Under the pieces are notes generated by a model, which saw only the letters and a program-made list of their open reading frames with translations, was not told the DNA's origin and did not search any database. Shown here one piece after another: positions 1 through 15,548 of a DNA stretch of 64,000 nt. This DNA comes from Parasitella parasitica NRRL 2501. Its lineage: Eukaryota > Fungi > Mucoromycota. A program made the translations under genes and the position numbers. Where the stretch lies: positions 161,752-225,751 of the forward strand of contig MU619278.1 in the NCBI GenBank assembly GCA_025201805.1, in the 5' to 3' direction. Position 1 is the stretch's first letter; every line of letters begins with the position of its first letter.

Positions 1-2710
1 CAAACCAACCTCCCGTCTCTCGTTCACCTTTTGAAGATGACGGCTATCCAGCAGATCAACAAACCCCTCATTATGACCACCAGCCTTTATTAGCCTCTGG
101 TCCTCCTGGCGGCGGCTATCCGCCTATACATAATTCTCCCTACGCACTCAGCCCTGGAGGCGCATCACCTTATCCATCCCATAGCAATAACAGTAGTTCT
201 CCTACTGTCCCGCAATACTTTAACCCGCCCTCACCAAATATGCATTACGGTGAAGCACCAAGACGCCAACCTCGTCGTTACAAAACAAGTAAGTCTAAAG
301 TGTGGAGAAGTGGGGGGGGGGAGTTCCTGTTATTAGGCTCTAATTATCGCTTTTTATAGCCAGACAGGTCAAATTGACAAAAGGTAATTTGGTGTTGGAT
401 TGTCCTGTCCCTACCAGTTATTTGGCGAACTTGCCCCACCAAGATGGCAAAGAGTTCACGCACATGAGATATACAGGTGAGGCTTGCTATATAAAATACA
501 CAGATGAGGTCAAGTCTAACTTTCTTGCAGCTGCCACATGTGATCCCAAGGATTTCGTAAACGAGGGCTATACGCTTCGCCAACAAATGCTTGGCCGTAA
601 AACTGAACTGTTCATCGTCTTGACCATGTACAACGTAAGCGTTACCATTCAAGGAGAGATCAGTCTAATCTAACATAACCAAATCGACTTGTTCTAGGAA
701 GACGAAGTCTTATTCACACGTACAATGAATGGTGTCATGAAGAATATTGCTCATCTGTGTACTCGCGAACGTTCAAAGACTTGGTCTAAAGACGGGCCTG
801 GGTGGATGAAGGTTACTGTATGTATTGTTTCTGACGGTCGTAACAAGATCAATCCTCGCACATTGAATGTTTTGTCCTTATTGGGTGTGTACCAGGACGG
901 CGTCGCCAAGAACGTTGTGCACGGGAAGCCTGTTACTGCCCATCTTTACGAATATACGACGCAAATCTCTATCGCCCCTGACATGGAGGTGTTGAAACCT
1001 GGCACCTCCACCAAGAGCATAGCGCCTTGTCAAATTTTGTTTTGCTTGAAGGAAAAGAATCAGAAGAAAATCAATTCGCATCGCTGGTTTTTCCAAGCCT
1101 TCGGTCCTGTCATCGACCCTCACGTCTGCGTCTTGATCGATGTCGGTACAAAGCCCGGCCGCACATCTATTTATCATCTTTGGAAGGCATTTGACATCAA
1201 CTCCAACATTGCTGGTGCTTGTGGTGAGATTCGTGCAATGGCAGGCACAGCTGGTGTTGCTCTGTTAAATCCTCTCGTTGCTGCCCAGAACTTTGAGTAC
1301 AAAATGTCCAATATTTTAGACAAGCCTCTGGAATCTGTCTTTGGGTATATCTCTGTACTACCAGGTGCTTTCTCTGCTTATCGCTTCAAGGCCCTTCAAA
1401 ACGATGTCGATGGCCATGGTCCATTGGAAAAGTATTTCTTGGGCGAGACTCAGCACGGCGGCGACGCTGATATCTTTACTGCTAACATGTATCTGGCCGA
1501 AGATCGTATTCTGTGTTATGAACTGGTAGCTAAAAAGAAAGCTCATTGGTTATTGCACTATGTGTCTAGTGCGTACGGTGAGACTGATGTTCCTGACAAA
1601 GTGGACGAGTTCATCTCTCAACGTCGACGTTGGTTGAACGGCTCCTTCTTTGCTGGCATCTACGCTCTTTATCATTGGCGTAAGGTGTGGGCCTCAGACC
1701 ACTCTTATATCCGTAAAATGTTGTTTATGTTTGAAGACATCTACAATACTTACAATCTGATCTTTTCCTGGTTTGCTCTTGGTAACTTTTACCTAACATT
1801 CTTCATCTTAACTCGTGCGCTTGCTCCTGCCGAAGAAGGTCAGCCTGGCCTTTCAAGAGCACCCTTCTCTGCGGATGTCGCCAATCTACTGCACAACATT
1901 CTCAACTACATCTACATTATCCTGCTTGTTATCCAATTCATCATTGCTCTTGGTAATCGTCCTCAAGGCTCCAAGATCGCTTACACTGGCTCCATGGTAT
2001 TCTTTGCGCTCCTAATGATTTACATGATGTTTGCCGCTATTTGGATTACTGTTGTTGGCGTCACTACGATTGTCCAGGACTCTGATGGCCAGTTCATTGC
2101 CATGCTGGGCCAAAGCACTTTTAGAAACATCATCATCTCGCTATGCTCAACCTACGTCATGTACTTTGTCTCTAGCTTCATGTTTCTTGATCCCTGGCAT
2201 ATGTTTAGCAGCTTCATCCAGTACATTCTCTTGTCTCCCAGCTACACCAATGTTCTCAATATTTACGCGTTTTGTAATACCCATGATGTCTCGTGGGGTA
2301 CCAAAGGCGACAATACTGTAGCCACTGATCTGGGGGTGGTCAAGGCCAAGAAGGATGGATCAGGCGATTTGGCTGTCGAGGTTGAAGTGCCCACAGAAGA
2401 AACGGACATTAATGCTGCATACAATGATGCCATGACTGAGCTGCAGAAGGTGGTAGAACCAGAAAAGGCTCATCGTGACGCCAAAACCAAACAAGAGGAC
2501 TACTATAGATCGTTCCGTACTAGACTTGTTTTGTCGTGGATCGTCTCCAACTTGGCTTTGGTTGTTGCCATCACTAACACCTCTGTCATTACAACTGGCG
2601 ATCGTTCAGCTGCTTATCTTGGCTTTGTGCTTTGGTCTGTAGCAGGCTTGTCGTTGATCAGATTTACTGGTTCAACGTTGTACCTCATATTCAAAGTCTT
2701 TAGTGGATAA
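1..2710 (+). CDS. chs: Chitin synthase (class I/II), 5' end outside window; introns 289-359, 477-530, 635-697
   Basis: Spliced product reads [40 protein letters not shown]; has LAEDRIL and QRRRW catalytic motifs and C-terminal TM helices; GT-AG junctions keep frame. Confidence 0.96.
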
Positions 2711-3299
2711 ATCTAATATAAATCGTTCTGTCGTATCCATCTCTCAATTTTGTATTTTCTTCGCCAATATCCCCTTTCTACTACTACTCTATATATACAT
2801 ATCTACAAAAATTGATAATAAAAAGTTTATCAACAAATTCAAGTTATACACATATGCTCATTTATATTTATATGCACACTGCATAATCCTAAAGGGTGGC
2901 TATTCTAAAGCCTATACGATACCACAGTTTTTTTTTTTTTTTGCTGATTAGTATTGCATGATTTGCTTGAATAATTGGCCCTTCGATGCTTATTATCTAA
3001 TCATAGCTGTCCTGATAAGGGTCCCTTGGTACGGCGGTATATTTCTGAATCATTGGCTTGGTCAAACAAGCTAAGAATGATGCCCTTGAATTTCATTTTA
3101 TACAAGAGCAAAATAAGAGTTCAAACTGATTCAGGAAAGGCTCAACGCATGAAAGGCGGATTTACGAGAAATAAAAGTTTATTTCATCTAAATAATATAT
3201 AATATACATTTTTAATGTGTGCGTGTAGAAGATTTTTTTTGCTATGCTAGAAGAGAAGGATGAGTAGTAATGATTATAAAATAAAGGGTTGTAGATTAT

Positions 3300-5014
3300 T
3301 TAAAGCTTAGGTCCAGCAGCCAAAGTTTCAGAAGCAGCCTCGTCTTCATAAGTCTTGAAGTTGTCAACAAACATCTGACCAACCTTACGGAGAGATTCGT
3401 CGAATTCAGCATCAGTGCCATTCCAAGCAGTCTTGGGGTTCAAAAGTTCAGAAGGAACACCAGAGACAGCCTTAGGGATTTGCAAGTTGAAAATTTCAAG
3501 ATCTTCGTAGTCAGCCTTAGCCAATTCACCGTTGTGGATAGCATCCAAGATAGCACGAGTGTACTTGAGAGGGCAACGCTTAGATGTTGCAGCAGAGCCA
3601 CCGATCCAACCAGTGTTGATCAACCAAGCGTCAGCCTTGTGAGTAGACATCTTCTGGGCCAACATGGTGGCATAGCGTTGAGGGTGGAGAACCAAGAAAG
3701 GAGCACCGAAACAAGCACTGAAAGTAGCTTGAGGCTCAACAATACCGTCTTCAGTGCCAGGAACCTTAGTAGTGTAACCGCTGATAAAATGATACATGGC
3801 TTGCTCAGCAGTCAACTTGGAGACAGGAGGCAAGACACCAAAAGCATCGCAGGTCAACAAGATGATGTTCTTGGGGTGAGATCCCATACATGGTAACTTG
3901 GCATTGGGAATGTGGTAGATAGGATAAGCACAACGGGTGTTCTCGGTCAAGAAATCATCAGAGTAGTCAACAACGCGAGTTTCTTCGTCCAAGACAACGT
4001 TCTCCAAAATGGCACCAAACTTGATGGCGTTGAAAATATCAGGCTCCTTCTCACCAGACAAGTCAATGCACTTGGCATAACAACCTCCTTCAATGTTAAA
4101 GACGCCATCGTCTGACCAGCAGTGTTCATCATCACCAATCAACTTACGCTTGGGATCAGCGGAAAGAGTGGTCTTACCAGTGCCTGACAAACCAAAGAAG
4201 AGGGAAACATCACCGTCGGGACCCTCGTTGGCAGAAGAGTGGAGAGAGAGAACACCAGCCTTGGGCATCAAATAATGCATAACAGTGAAAATACCCTTCT
4301 TCATCTCACCAGCATACTCGGAGCCGAGGATAACCATTTCGTTGCGCTTAAAGTTGATGGAAACAGAAGTGGTGGAGCTCATGCCAGTGGTGTAACGGTT
4401 GGCAGGGAACTCGCCAGCGTTGAAGATGGTGAAATCAGGAGTACCAAAGTCCTCGAGTTCTTCCTCGGTAGGGCGGATCAACATATTGCGCATGAACAAC
4501 AAGTGATAAGCACGAGAAGCAACAACACGGACCTTGATACGATATTTGGGATCCCAACCAGCAAAACCATCAAAGACATACAAACGAGGGCGAGTGTTGA
4601 GGTAATCGATAGCACGTTCACGATTAATCAAAAAGACACGCTCGCTGATGGGAGTATTCACAGGGCCCCACCAAACATCCTTTTGAGAGGACTCTTCTTC
4701 GACAATACGCTTGTCTTTGGGAGAGCGACCAGTCTTCTTGCCAGAGTAGGCACAAAGAGCTCCAGCAGATGAGATGACAGTACCTTGCTCATAAGTCAAA
4801 GCTTGTTCGTAAAGAACGGCGACAGAAGGGTTGCGCATGATAGTAACCTAGCAACGATATTTAGCCTCTGTGTAATACAGTGAATCCATGCTCTTACCTT
4901 ATCATAGTCAATACCCGCGAATTCATGAAGATGTTCTTCGACCTTGGTGTGGACAGAGTTGGAGCTAGTGGGTCTACCACCAGTGTAAGGAGATCCGGGT
5001 CTTGAGGCAACCAT
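3300..5014 (-). CDS. PCK1: Phosphoenolpyruvate carboxykinase (ATP); one intron 4848-4897
   Basis: [13 protein letters not shown]-loop [15 protein letters not shown] and TENTR motifs; exon 1 [15 protein letters not shown] joins in frame to VTIMRNPS. Confidence 0.97.
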
Positions 5015-6171
5015 TTTGAGAGTGTTTAATATATTTTATTGATGTCAATGAAATCAAAGAACTGAAATTTCTGATTCAGGCTTCTTTTTATACTTGGCTC
5101 TTTCCTCGGGAAAGTCGGGCTTGTCAAGCTGCTGAAAGCGTTATTCCGACTAATTATAGTGTGAAATTCGTAACCATTAAACACTACTGGAACGGGACAT
5201 GACGGAAGTGCAAACATGTTCTCGCCTGTCCGACTTTCTCCTTTAAGAAGCAAGAATGCGCTCTTTACTTTTTCTTTGTTATAGGAGAGAGGCTAGAATA
5301 AGTTAATGCAACAAATAACAGTATTCTATGCAATAATAATAAAAATAAAAAGGATAATCAAATGTAGAAAAATCAGGATTTTAGAGCAAAAGGTCTCAAA
5401 TGAATCACTTCCCCACATTATAACTTGTCCAATCATTAACAACGAGAGTAAAATTCACACATCGTGGGAACTATATTTTAATCTACGATTTCGCCTTTGA
5501 TCTAGTTTGCAAAAGACTCCTTTTTACTAATTTCCACGGAACACAATGTCTTAACTGTATTACTATGACGCTATTGAAATATACGTTGGATGGTATATTT
5601 GCTACAAAAGAACATTCTTTCTACTGCCATCCATTTAACAGATCTTTATTTGCTGCATTGTTATTCTTATTTTTGTCTCTGCAGACTATAAAGCCTTGTT
5701 AATTGAAATGTGTGTTTTCTTCCTCTTGATGTAATTCACTTTCAAGCAGTAAAAATCATGTTACTCATCCTTAATCGAATATTGGGTATTTGCTAATGAC
5801 TGGGATGTAAAAAATATGAATGTCATATGTGATTTCATTAGCTTACCAAACCCAATCGCATTGCTTGAAATTACTCTATATTATATACATACCTTTTTGA
5901 CATGCATTCCCATGGCAACTTTGTCTTGTAAAAATAGTATACAGTGCCTTTGTCTATTTCCAAATTTATTAAGTAGCTAATGAAAATCTTTCATATAGTA
6001 ATTTGCAATGATAATAGAGATGATCAAGTACACACAGGTTCGTGCTATTCTATACGTGGCATTTTTTACCGCACAGAAGTGTCGAATCACCAAATGTAAT
6101 TTTAAAATTAGAGAACAATCAAATACAATGAATTAAAGGGTATAATATGAGAGCAAATAGGAAAAAGATGA

Positions 6172-8046
6172 CTATGCCTACATAAAAATCAGATTAACAT
6201 TCATATTATGTACAACAAGGCAATTTTTATACTAACAGGAACTGTTACATACTCCCGTCTAGCCAACATGGCTTTTACCATGGCTTTACGAGACTTGGAA
6301 TTTCTATTTCTCCAAAGACGAGCACATTTTACCCAAGTAAAGATTCCTACTAATATTAAAACAATGACGCCGCCTACGATTGATGTTTGGATCAAGCCTA
6401 AATATTCCTCGCCAGTCTATGAATTCCATCATGGTAAGTTTTCTGATGGCATCCTTAAATTTCGTCACAGCCAGACTTACATCACTTGCCCACCAGCATG
6501 AGCCATACCTTCCAATGACCCAGCAAGTGTTCATATTATAAGCCAAATTCAAATTGACCCACACTTTTTCCTCTGTAATATTTTCAGCGACCATCAGGTT
6601 TCTCAAGATGGTGTTTTGTCGCGGCACTCGAGGAACGTCAAAAATATAATTTTCGGGGCAGGCAGAAAGGGAGCGATCATATGACAATGTGTTTTTGGTC
6701 AAAACCCAGGCACTGGGGTTATTTGCCTTTCTACAAGCTGCACGATATTGATCTGCGCAATCATTGGCCTGCCAGCGACCATTGCTTTTCTTGATGGCTG
6801 CGCATCGAAGCTCGTTGTTATTTGCCGGCTCGTTTACATCCCAAGACCAAATAGTAGACAGCACATTGTCGGCTAAATGTCCACTATCTACTGCAGAGTA
6901 TATTGAGTGTGCGTTTGAATAGTTGGATCGAGTAAAGTAAGGTGAATAGCCGCATTCAGTCTTTTGCATGTGTGTACGTAGCTTTGATCAGTAAAGTTAC
7001 ACGTATATATCATTATACTGTGATCCACTTACTAATTGCAATGCCGATTCATATGAAAACGGCAGCTCTTCATCATCTATAAAAATCCAGGAGCCATCGC
7101 TCAAGCAAGTTGATTCGGTTGCATTCATCAAACCACCCAAACTATTGGAGCTAAATATAGTATTGTTGTCATACATGGAAAGTCGAAAGGTTGTATTTTC
7201 ACTAGAGGGAACAATTCCATATCCAATCATTAATTGGACTTTTTCTTCGATCAGATACAGCCATTGAGGCCAAGACACTTGGGCCGTTTGTTGCTTAATA
7301 ATAGGAAAGTAAGGCTCTCTTCCGTGCGCATAAAAAGAGGCGCTGATGTTGATTCTATCGACTGTCAAATTCGAAGGTGTATAAATGCGAGGTAGCAGTG
7401 CAGAATTGGGTGTGATTGATTTTCGGATGATTTGGCCAAGATTGGAGTCGGTTTTGGCTGTTTCTGAGGCATTTGTGGATAGATCGTGCAAATTCAAGAC
7501 GAGAAATGCAATATCTGTCTTGAACGGGGATCGACTCACTTCTGTTGACACCAAGTAATCATTCACCGTATCCAAAAAGTTACTAAACTTGAAATTAGAC
7601 GCACAAATGTAGCCGTTAGGCAAAGTGATGTCTCCAGATGCCGCTTGTGTGGTCGTATCGTTGCCATGGATACTAAACGGGCATAGCTGCCAATCCAGTT
7701 CTATCGGATCCCAATACAGATCTACGACAAGTCTTTTATATCCCATGATCAGTACATTATCCACTTCTGATAACTTTTTCTTTGAGTAATCTCGTCCAAA
7801 AAAGGCAGTCGATAATTCTAATGCAGGCCATACAAGTTGATCAATTGTAACATTCATGGCTATATCTCTTTGAATTTGTATAGCTGTTGTTATGTTGGGA
7901 GAATTGAACGAAATGTTTTGATATGGTGTGTCACCCAGATAGGTGAAAGGCTCGAGCACTTGATCATATGATGGCCATGTTGTAGCTAATGCTTTGCTTG
8001 GCAGCAATTGCAGTATTAGCAGCCGTAACAAAAACGAAACTATCAT
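6172..8046 (-). CDS. MTC6-like type I membrane protein (signal peptide, PLC-like domain, C-type-lectin-like domain, C-terminal TM), multi-exon
   Basis: Signal peptide MIVSFLLRLLILQLLPSKALA; QRDIAMNVTIDQ, LVVDLYWD..WQLCP, WSWDVNEP..RCA..GRWQANDC, FDVPRVP; TM IVGGVIVLILVGIFTWV; predicted 6-nt last exon (GCA TAG). Confidence 0.75.
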
Positions 8047-8086
8047 AAGCTTCTTCTTATTCTCTGACAATGGCAANNNNNNNNNN

Positions 8087-8136
<50 letters not shown>
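8087..8136. repeat. Poly-A tract next to a 10-N assembly gap (8077-8086)
   Basis: About 50 consecutive A directly after the N run; a similar N plus poly-A pair lies at 26825-26855. Confidence 0.9.
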
Positions 8137-8138
<2 letters not shown>

Positions 8139-8744
8139 TGAGATATCCTAAATTATTTTCTCGGTAGAATATTAAATTATGAACAGAGCGAGGAGGAAGG
8201 CCCAATCAAAGTCAGATTAGATAAACCCAAAGCAAGATGATAAACTAGGCTGTATAATAGACGAGAGCAGGTTATTAGTTACTTTATCATGTATTCATAA
8301 GGTCTACTCGCCGTTCTTGAAATCTGTGCGACAAAATATCAAACATTTAGTGATGCTTGAAATACCTATTTCAATTGAAACATATCAAGCAAAGCAAAGA
8401 CAGTTTGATACATCTATATCATCGCATTAAGCCTTGGATACGATGCCCTTTTTATGAAGAAGAGATAGATATGAAATCACCCCTTGTATTTACTTCTAAA
8501 GTTGCATATAAATTGCCTAGCCAGGTTTGTAATATACCAGAAATTGGATATGGTATTATTACGCCCATTACTTCAATGTGGCTGCTATCTAATGATAAAA
8601 TATTTGACTGAATCGATTGATTTGCTATCCATGCGAGTTTTGTCAAAAATGATTGATGCTATTTCAAAATTTATAAATGATTGCTATTCGAAAAAAAACT
8701 TTATTTTATAAAGAATAGGATGCGAATAGACCAATTTATAATTA

Positions 8745-9100
8745 AAAACAAGAACACAGCAAAATAAACACAATCCAACGAGGAATAGAGTGTATAAATG
8801 CTTTGTTTGGTTTTGTAATTCCCATTCAAGTTTCGAATTTTTGAGAAGTCGGCGTTGAATCAAGTATACTGTATCTCATTTTCAAAAACTAGTTAAAAAT
8901 ATATAGAAGCTTCAGAAAACTATAAAAAAATATGTGCGTATGCAACAAAGCGTGAAAAAAATGGTCATGTATTTTGATTTGAAATAAGAGCTCATTCAAC
9001 AGAGTAAATCATATTGAAAGTCGGGCGAAATAGCTTGAATCAACCAAATTGGGAGATTCGAAATCCAAAAAAGGCGATTTTTTAAGCTGTACACTTCGTT
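8745..9100 (+). repeat. Dispersed degenerate repeat, copy 1 (partner at 42155-42425)
   Basis: Shared blocks CAGCAAAATAAACACAAT, TTTTTGAGAAGTCGGCGT, AAAAAATATGTGCGT, CATGTATTTTGATTTGAAATA, AGTAAATCATA, AAAAAGGCG..TAAGCTGTA in the same order. Confidence 0.8.
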
Positions 9101-10192
9101 CTAATTAATAATATGTTGATATGTTAACGCTTGTTTACTGAATTTCAGCAACACTTATGACAATTTTTGAAAGAAATCAAAATGGGTTGCGATTTATTGA
9201 CCTGATGAAAGATAAGCGAAATCATGAATCATTTTGTAAAAAGGAGCGAGTGAGACAAAGTAAGCAAAAGGTGTATTGCCATCACCAACAAAAACGAGCG
9301 GATAAGCCTGTAATAAAAGGACAGGTAGTATATCTGTCAAGTTCAACAGTCAGTTAATCCGCTTTCTCTGAAGTTTGTTGGCCACGAACAGCTTTTCTGT
9401 AAAGACACTATTGAGAACGGAGGTTTGTCAGTTTGTGTTTGATGCATTAAAATGTGGAACAAGGTTTAGTAACAAGTAGATTATGTTTGAGACATTGCTC
9501 ATTTTTAAATAAGTCTCGATTCCGAATGGCGAATCTCGTAAGTATTAATCAGTACACAAATGACATAATTTCCCACAATATTGATTTGAGATCTTATTAG
9601 TGTACCTGTATACGCCAGATTTTTGTTTGCTTAATTTGCTTATGTAAGTTTCAGGTATATGGTGGCATTTATCTATGGGTGATGTAGGCGGGTATGGTGG
9701 GCACAATATGTATTAAGGCTGTTGGCTTGACCTATAATCGACGCTTCCAAAATTTAAGTCTTGCAAAACCAAGACGAAGTTATTAGCTGATCAGGCATAC
9801 CTCATATTGTCATTATTATTAAGCAACTATTTTTATAGGCATCATAGCTGGTGGAAGATATTCATTTTCTCCTTAAATTGGCATTCATGACAAAAATTGA
9901 CTGAACTTTTTTTGGCAAAACATGTGTTTTAGGAGTCTCCAAACAACCACCAAAGCGTACTAGTTGTCCAAATTCATGAAAATACACCGAACAAGGTTTA
10001 TTCACTTTTTGTTCTTCAATAATGAGCAAACGGCCAAAACGCTGATGCATAATAATAGCAGATAGAATTTAGTATTTATAAAAAGAAGGGAATAAGTGAT
10101 ATATATAGAGAAATATAATATATATATAATATATATAATGGTGTGCAGTAGTGATGGCAAAAGGCAGTATAAAAAAAAAAAAAAAAAAAAAA

Positions 10193-12196
10193 CTATTCTT
10201 CTGACAGTGTGCCCAGCTCATTACTGCGACGAATGGAAGAAATGGACGAACCAGATGACTTTCTGGATGTTGTTTCTGCATTTTCTTCTTCACTTAAAGA
10301 GCCAACAGCGCTGTCACTGCTTACAACGGCAGAAGTTTCAGGCTCTTCTTTAACAGGAGTCCAACCCATGCCACTCATTCTACGTAACGCTTTAGCCCAA
10401 CTACTCGAGCCGTTGCTACTTGTGCTGGTAGACTTTGATGCTTCAGGTTGTGGCCCTCCTTTTGTTACTATAGATGAATGTCTGCGTTTATCTTCCTGCG
10501 AAGAGGCTAGATTGGAAGGTTCCTGAAGAGTTTCAATGGAAGGTAGATAGGATGGTTTGAATCCCCAGGATGAGATGGTTCTGCGACGATTACGGTTGGC
10601 TGAAGTAAGTAATTTAGATGCTGCTCCATTTGCAGCAGGTTCAACAGTTGATACAGTTTTAGTAGGTGTTGGCCCTACTCCTCTTTCACTATTTGCTCCT
10701 GCTCCTGCTCCTTCTCCTTCTCCTTCTGCTGGATTATTTGCTAGGTCAGATGATTTTTGATTTGTAGGTGTTGTGGGCTGATCGATACTAAGAACATCTT
10801 CCAGTTGCTTGTTGTTGATAATCTTCATTAATATCTTGTTCATGTAAAGTTGGAGTGCACGATTTGTATCTTGGAGGGTCTTGATTTCTTCGTTTAATTC
10901 TATTCAGATGTATTTAGTAAATGCTACATGCCATTGTGTGAATTAACAAAATACTTTGAATAGTTCGATCTGATTGATTATTCCAATCCGGTACAGACGA
11001 GGCCAATTCAGCAGCAAGGTTCAAACCTTGGTTATTACTTGAAGTGCTGATCGATTCTTTCATAGCCGGGCTATCTTCCACCTGATATGGCGTTAATATA
11101 TCTATATTTATAGGGATATACGTACTATTGAAATTTTACCTGCATAATTGGATTCATGATAAATTCACCGTTGATGGTCTTTTCATGTAACAAGATTTGA
11201 TAACTTTCGTTTTCCTCCATCAACCCTTGATATAATTTTTTAATGCTAGCAATCTCATGCTGTAAATGAGTTTCATGAAGTGATTTATCTTGTAATTCGG
11301 TTTTTTGCTCTTGAATAACTGACTTTAATTTCTCGACTTCGTTTTTCAAATCGAAAATCAACTTGTCTTGAGCTTTGATGGTTCTTTGGGCGATTTTTGT
11401 TTCGCGGGCATAGGAAGAGTCCATTACAGCTAATTTTGAAGCAGGTCTCTCGTTCGCTAACAATGAATATCTGCCATTGTTGTCGTTTGAAGCTGCACCC
11501 GGTTGCTGTTCGCCAATATTGGATAGGCCGCTTGTAAATGGACTCATAATGCCCACTGTACTGGTGGTGACGCTACGTTTTCTGGTTGTGCGCGGTGTGC
11601 GTGGCTCGCCTGTGTTACTGAGACTGAGAGTTCTGATTTGGTTATAGAGATCTGCTTCTTTTTGTTGCCATAGAGACTTATCGGTTTCATAAACCTGTAA
11701 CTATAAACAAGAATGTTTTTTAATTTACACAAGAAGATGGTTTCGTGCAACATTAGGGTCCTTACTTCAAAGCTTAGTTTTTTTTCAATGTCTTTCTTGG
11801 CTTTTGTAAGTTGTTGAATCTCTTTTCTTAGAATACCCAGGTCTTGCTCGTGAGCGTACAATTGAGTCTCGAGGCGAGCTTGAGTGTTGCCATAATTTGA
11901 ATTGTCTAGTTGGATAGCAGCCAATTTCTGTATAATAGTAAAATGGTTAATTAGTAAAGAACTCGTATTCTGTCAAGGTCCACGAGAAACTTTACTTGTC
12001 TTAAATAATCATTGTCGTTGTTCAGTGCTTTATGTTGTTTTGTCTGATTATCAATGTCATGTCGAAGCTTTTATCCCTTCATTAGTAAAAGGCATTTCAT
12101 TGTATTGCCGCATCTTACCTCATTTTCAATTTCTTGCCCTTGCTTTATCTGTTCTTGCAACGATTGTATCAAAATAGCAAGTTCGTCGGTGGTCAT
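10193..12196 (-). CDS. Hypothetical coiled-coil protein, multi-exon
   Basis: ATG at 12196 (MTTDELAILIQSLQEQ); exon ORFs with heptad-like LMEENESYQILLHEKT and YMNKILMKII; Ser-rich tail; GT-AG introns. Confidence 0.7.
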
Positions 12197-13321
12197 CTTT
12201 TGTATGTTTGTAAAAAAATAAAAAATAAAAACAAGTTTTTCGAATAAACAAGAGAGAACAAAGAAATTTTGGGTGTTTTGTTGTTTGTATAAATATATTT
12301 ATATATATTTATATATAAAAGGGAGAAAGGGGAAAAGGGGATGAAGGGATTTCAAAGGTTCAAGAAAATGTGAAAAAAGGAATTTAATAAAAACAAACAA
12401 CACTTTCATAAACAAGATATCGCCAGCAAGCAGTTAGCTATTTGTAAGGCAGTGATACTAACATTTAGTATCAGTGTTCAAAAGCTGAGCTTTGCCATAA
12501 TATCGTGCTATTTGTACCACAGATAGCTTGTTGCCTCTCCTCCTTTTCTGGTTTTCCATAAAATCATGGGACCTTTCTTTCACATTTTCGCTCCTCAGTT
12601 GCAAATACGTTTATTACTTGGGTAATTGGCAGCGTATAAGAAATCCTAAAACGAAAAATCATGTATAATATCGCGGGGCTATGTGCGGGTGTATTTTGGC
12701 AAAGTTTCAATGCCTCAAGCTGTGAAGCCATAGTATTAAAAAAATCTGAATTTTAATACGGGAGTAGTTATACATCTTGTAAAGATTTGTTTCTCGAATC
12801 TCTTTACAAAACAGTTATACTTGTATTTTTACTTCTATAATCCATTGTGCCAAAATTGCTTTAGAGTGTTTTTTTTATTTTGTAATATTAGCTAAAACAG
12901 CATATTTTTGGAGAACGTATAATGTGCCAGTATCACGTTTTTCAATAAATTTTTGCTGTCAGCAATACTCAGTTCCAATGTTAACTTTTCTATTGATTGA
13001 CTTACCATCAATGTTGATTTATATCTCAATCAACCATCCAATTTTTTTTGCTACTTATATATAACTGACGTAATTTACTACTTGATATAACCTTGTTTTT
13101 ATCTCTTCAATGCTGTTGATTATGAGAATTTGATAGAAATCATCAATGATGATGATATGGAGAAGCCATTCAATATCCGAAAAAGGTGAATCAATTAGAT
13201 GTGACTCGAGCGATAATAACGGAAAATGTCAATGAAAAGGAAGAACCCCGAGTTTAAATAAGAAGTGCTCAAAGTGCAACTCTTTCTCTTCATTTCAAAA
13301 CTCTTTAATTCCTCAATTGAT

Positions 13322-14480
<1,159 letters not shown>

Positions 14481-14554
14481 GTCACATTTGCAAGTCTATA
14501 GAAACAAAGTGGAAGCTTCAGAACCCCTTTAATGTCTTTTTATTTTTAACCAAT

Positions 14555-15548
14555 ATGTTACTTGATACTTTAAATCATAAAAAACTACTTAATGTACCGT
14601 GGGCTATCCGTAGAGTCGAAAATAAAACTTATTATGTCAAATACATGTTCGAAGAGAATGAATATGCAGTTCTAGTCACTGATTTACGTTTGGTTTGGTT
14701 TGAACATGGCGATTTTAAACGCATTCAACAGAATGGCAAAGTACAGAGCATCGATATAGAATCCGAAAAAGAAGCAATAGCAGTTTTGACTCGCTTAAAG
14801 CAGTTATTTATCGATAGCATCTCTCGCTGTAGCATTAAAAAAGAAGCCAGTAAAATCAGCCTACACTGTAAACCTAGCATGAGCCAAATCCAAAATAGAA
14901 TAAACACCCTTTCCTGGATATTTAAATGCGAGTTACTTGATCAAGAGAGTATCAGTGATGATGCATTGAGTGGACCGGAAGTTGTTTACGAACATTTTAT
15001 TCAACCTAGTCAAGCAATTGTTAATCATTTTACCGAAAACATGTCAGGTAACATTAACCATGTGGCAAATGATGCATTGGATTGGCTAAATTATGTGTTT
15101 TAAATGAATAGATGAAAATCAAATTAAATTAAAGATGGTAAGCATATGAAGCAATTATTGGTTTATTGCATTGATCAATAAATGATAGATGAAAGCATCA
15201 GCGTCTATGTACTCGACTACATCTTTATGTTATATATCTGAATTAATAAATGATGAAAGTAAGGAACCGGCAAAAAGAAGAATTTTGGTTATTTATTGAC
15301 CATGCATTCAGATACTGGAACCATTGCAACAGTTACACAGTCGCCCCAAGAGAAACTAGAACCTCCAAGTCCAAAAGAAGAGATACCCATGATAGTATGT
15401 AATTCACCAAATCTTTATTAAGTTTTATTAATTTTGAAAATAGACAGATGAAGAGCTGAAAGAAAGGAAAAGAAAAGAAACACAATTATTAGAGCAGGAG
15501 GAAAGAAAACGATTGATGGCCGCCAGTAAAAAAAGAAGAAAGCTTTAA
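14555..15548 (+). CDS. XLF/Cernunnos (NHEJ factor)-like protein, multi-exon
   Basis: N-terminal head PW..YYVKYMF..YAVLVTDLRLVWFE matches the recalled XLF pattern; LSWIFKC..HFIQP; last exon 15444-15548 ends KKRRKL, like a Ku-binding motif. Confidence 0.7.

Noticed and set aside
3480-4772. Several + strand ORFs overlapping PCK1 (similar ones over the PhK and WD40 genes)
   Set aside because: Antisense shadows of codon-biased genes with no recognisable motifs
8047-8205. N-terminal extension with poly-Phe on the 6997-8205 ORF
   Set aside because: Artefact of reading through the poly-A tract and N gap; the signal-peptide ATG is at 8046
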